64,000 nucleotides of DNA, taken from the NCBI GenBank assembly GCA_010405405.1, contig MU004244.1:685895-749894 (forward strand), read 5' to 3'. This DNA is from Microthyrium microscopicum (lineage: Eukaryota). Shown piece by piece: positions 62,170 through 64,000 of this stretch (position 1 is the first letter of the stretch; the number at the start of each line of letters is the position of its first letter). A program made the position numbers and the translations under genes. Below the pieces are notes generated by a model. The model ran no database searches. It had not been told where the DNA came from and worked only from the letters and a program-made list of their open reading frames with translations.

Positions 62170-64000
62170 TCAACCACCACAGTGATCTGGGTTTCCAGAT
62201 GGATTTCCAAAGTAGGTTGGGAAGGGGACGTTCTTGCCACTTGCACCTAATACAGCAAAAGAGAGGATAAACACGACTATTTGAGCTCCTCCATCCAGTG
62301 CTGCGCCGATCAGATAATTGTACTCGTTGTAGATGCGTGGTAGACGGCGTCGGAGGTATAATTGCGAGAAGACTCCAACAATAATCGACGACCAGATCCA
62401 AGAAGTATTTCCAATAACGTATTGGCCTGCGTAGGATGCGATAATTGCTGTATTGATAGGCAATTTTCGTAGGGGAGGATATAACTTGTTCAAACCCCAG
62501 TGAACGACAGGAAAAGCTAGGCCGATGATGAGGCCCAAGGGAACAATGAAGTAACGGCTATTCGCACCATATACTTGTTTTGCCAATGCCCATGTGACTG
62601 CTTGGGTATTGAGACTTTGAATGGTTGCGCCGCTCCATATACTGTTTCCTTCAGGATCCAGAAGGATCTCACGTTTGCTAGTCACGATTGAGGTCATAAC
62701 AACATAGTTCAATCCGGCACCGAGAAGGGTTCCATATATCTGGGTCGCAAACATGACTCGGTGTGGAACCTTGGTATATTGCCCGACTTTCAACCAATTG
62801 GACAAATTGACTGACAGCAAAATGACCTGATGAGACCAACTTGCAAAATAGAGATTGGCTAGTGGTCGTCCAGGATGCAATGCGCCGGCTACCATCTTTG
62901 ATATCGCGTTTGTTCCAACACCAGTCCCGTAAAGCCCATAGAGAGTGCAGGAAAATGGTGCGATGAAGGCACCGAGAATGAGTGCCACTATGTATCCCCA
63001 AACAGGAAGTGTGGTACCTGGTCTAATCGTGACAATGAGGCCAGCAACAAAGGCTAAGAGGAACAGTGCCCAGTACCACCACATTGGGACTTCCTTATAC
63101 TTGAGCATTCCTTGATAGTGAATATCTGGTTGCGTTCTGGCTTTTGCCTGCTTCCACGCCTGCCTCATATCCTTGCTGTAGAAAATTAGAACATGAGAAA
63201 TTAGAGCACCAATGGCCAAGTTCGCTGTAAAGTAGCCCCACAGGTTGGTTGCTGTCAAAGAGGGAAGACCGGCGGCGTTGAGTTTGTCTTGACTAATGGT
63301 TCCTTGATCATTCAGTATCGCCGACGAGGAATATCGTGTGCCATTGCTCTTGAAGAGAGAGCTTGACATGAATGGAAGGCTTTTCGCACTCCATACGTTG
63401 TTGTAATAAAGTCCAAGTGATGCGCAATACCATATGACAATTCCGACCCAAGAGTTCACCTGTTGCTTGAAGGGCAGAGATAAAAATGTGCTTTGAATAT
63501 ACTGCCAGTCGAGGGAGACATTGAACAAACCCAAGCCTTCATTAGATGAAGCGCCTCCAAAGACTGTAGTGAAAACGTCTTGGATGTTCGGTGCTGCTTT
63601 TATTGAAGCTAAGCAGAATATTGATAGTCCCCCAAACCACGGTACTGATTCAATTTTAGTATGTCATCGAAACATGAATTCAGTATCATTGAAGGAATGA
63701 AAGAGTCAACTTACTGATATATGCTGGAAAAAACTCCCATAGAGCGGAAATACCAAAAGCCCAGCCGAACTTGGAAAGGCGCTTTTTGTTAGCTTTTGGG
63801 TCGAAATGAAGACTTTGAAATAGCACGACTTGAGGTAAAGTTGACCAGTATACCATCTCTGCTGGATATACGATCAGCGGGCGTAGTATTCCAGCAAGTA
63901 CAAATCCACAGAGTGAGATTGAGAAGGTTGCTAGCACTGCTGTTGAAGCCTGAACAGTTGTGTCATAGAATAGCCTTTCGACGGCATATATTTCCACGCC
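62170..64000 (-). CDS. OPT-family oligopeptide transporter (5' part lies beyond the window)
   Basis: ILRPLIVYPAEMVYWSTLP, WEFFPAYI, EGLGLFNVSLDWQYI, YKEVPMWWY, PGRPLANLYF, LKVGQYTKVPHR, YNYLIGAALDGG. Confidence 0.93.

Overview
Intron-containing fungal genomic DNA, most consistent with a filamentous ascomycete (short GT-AG introns with CTRAC/CTAAT-type branch points). About 24 protein-coding loci can be supported. Conserved genes flank the window: TBC Rab-GAP, Asteroid/XPG-like nuclease, BUD13/CWC26, WD40 protein, SWC5, LSM7, aldo-keto reductase, cytochrome b5-acyl-CoA dehydrogenase and a partial OPT transporter. The middle (about 16.4-38 kb) is gene-sparse and looks accessory. It holds a PTH11-like membrane protein, a VIT-vWA protein, a decayed HET-domain gene, a recently disabled FAD oxidase and an SDR. 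The most notable feature is a tandem array of three diverged IFI6/IFI27-like small membrane-protein genes (31.4-34.1 kb) that share one intron position, including a roughly 62-aa minimal member that the ORF track does not assemble. A roughly 1360-aa His/Gly-rich repeat protein with dehydrin-like motifs is also present. I found no rRNA, tRNA, CRISPR array or intact transposon. All family calls come from motif recognition by eye; no database search was run.
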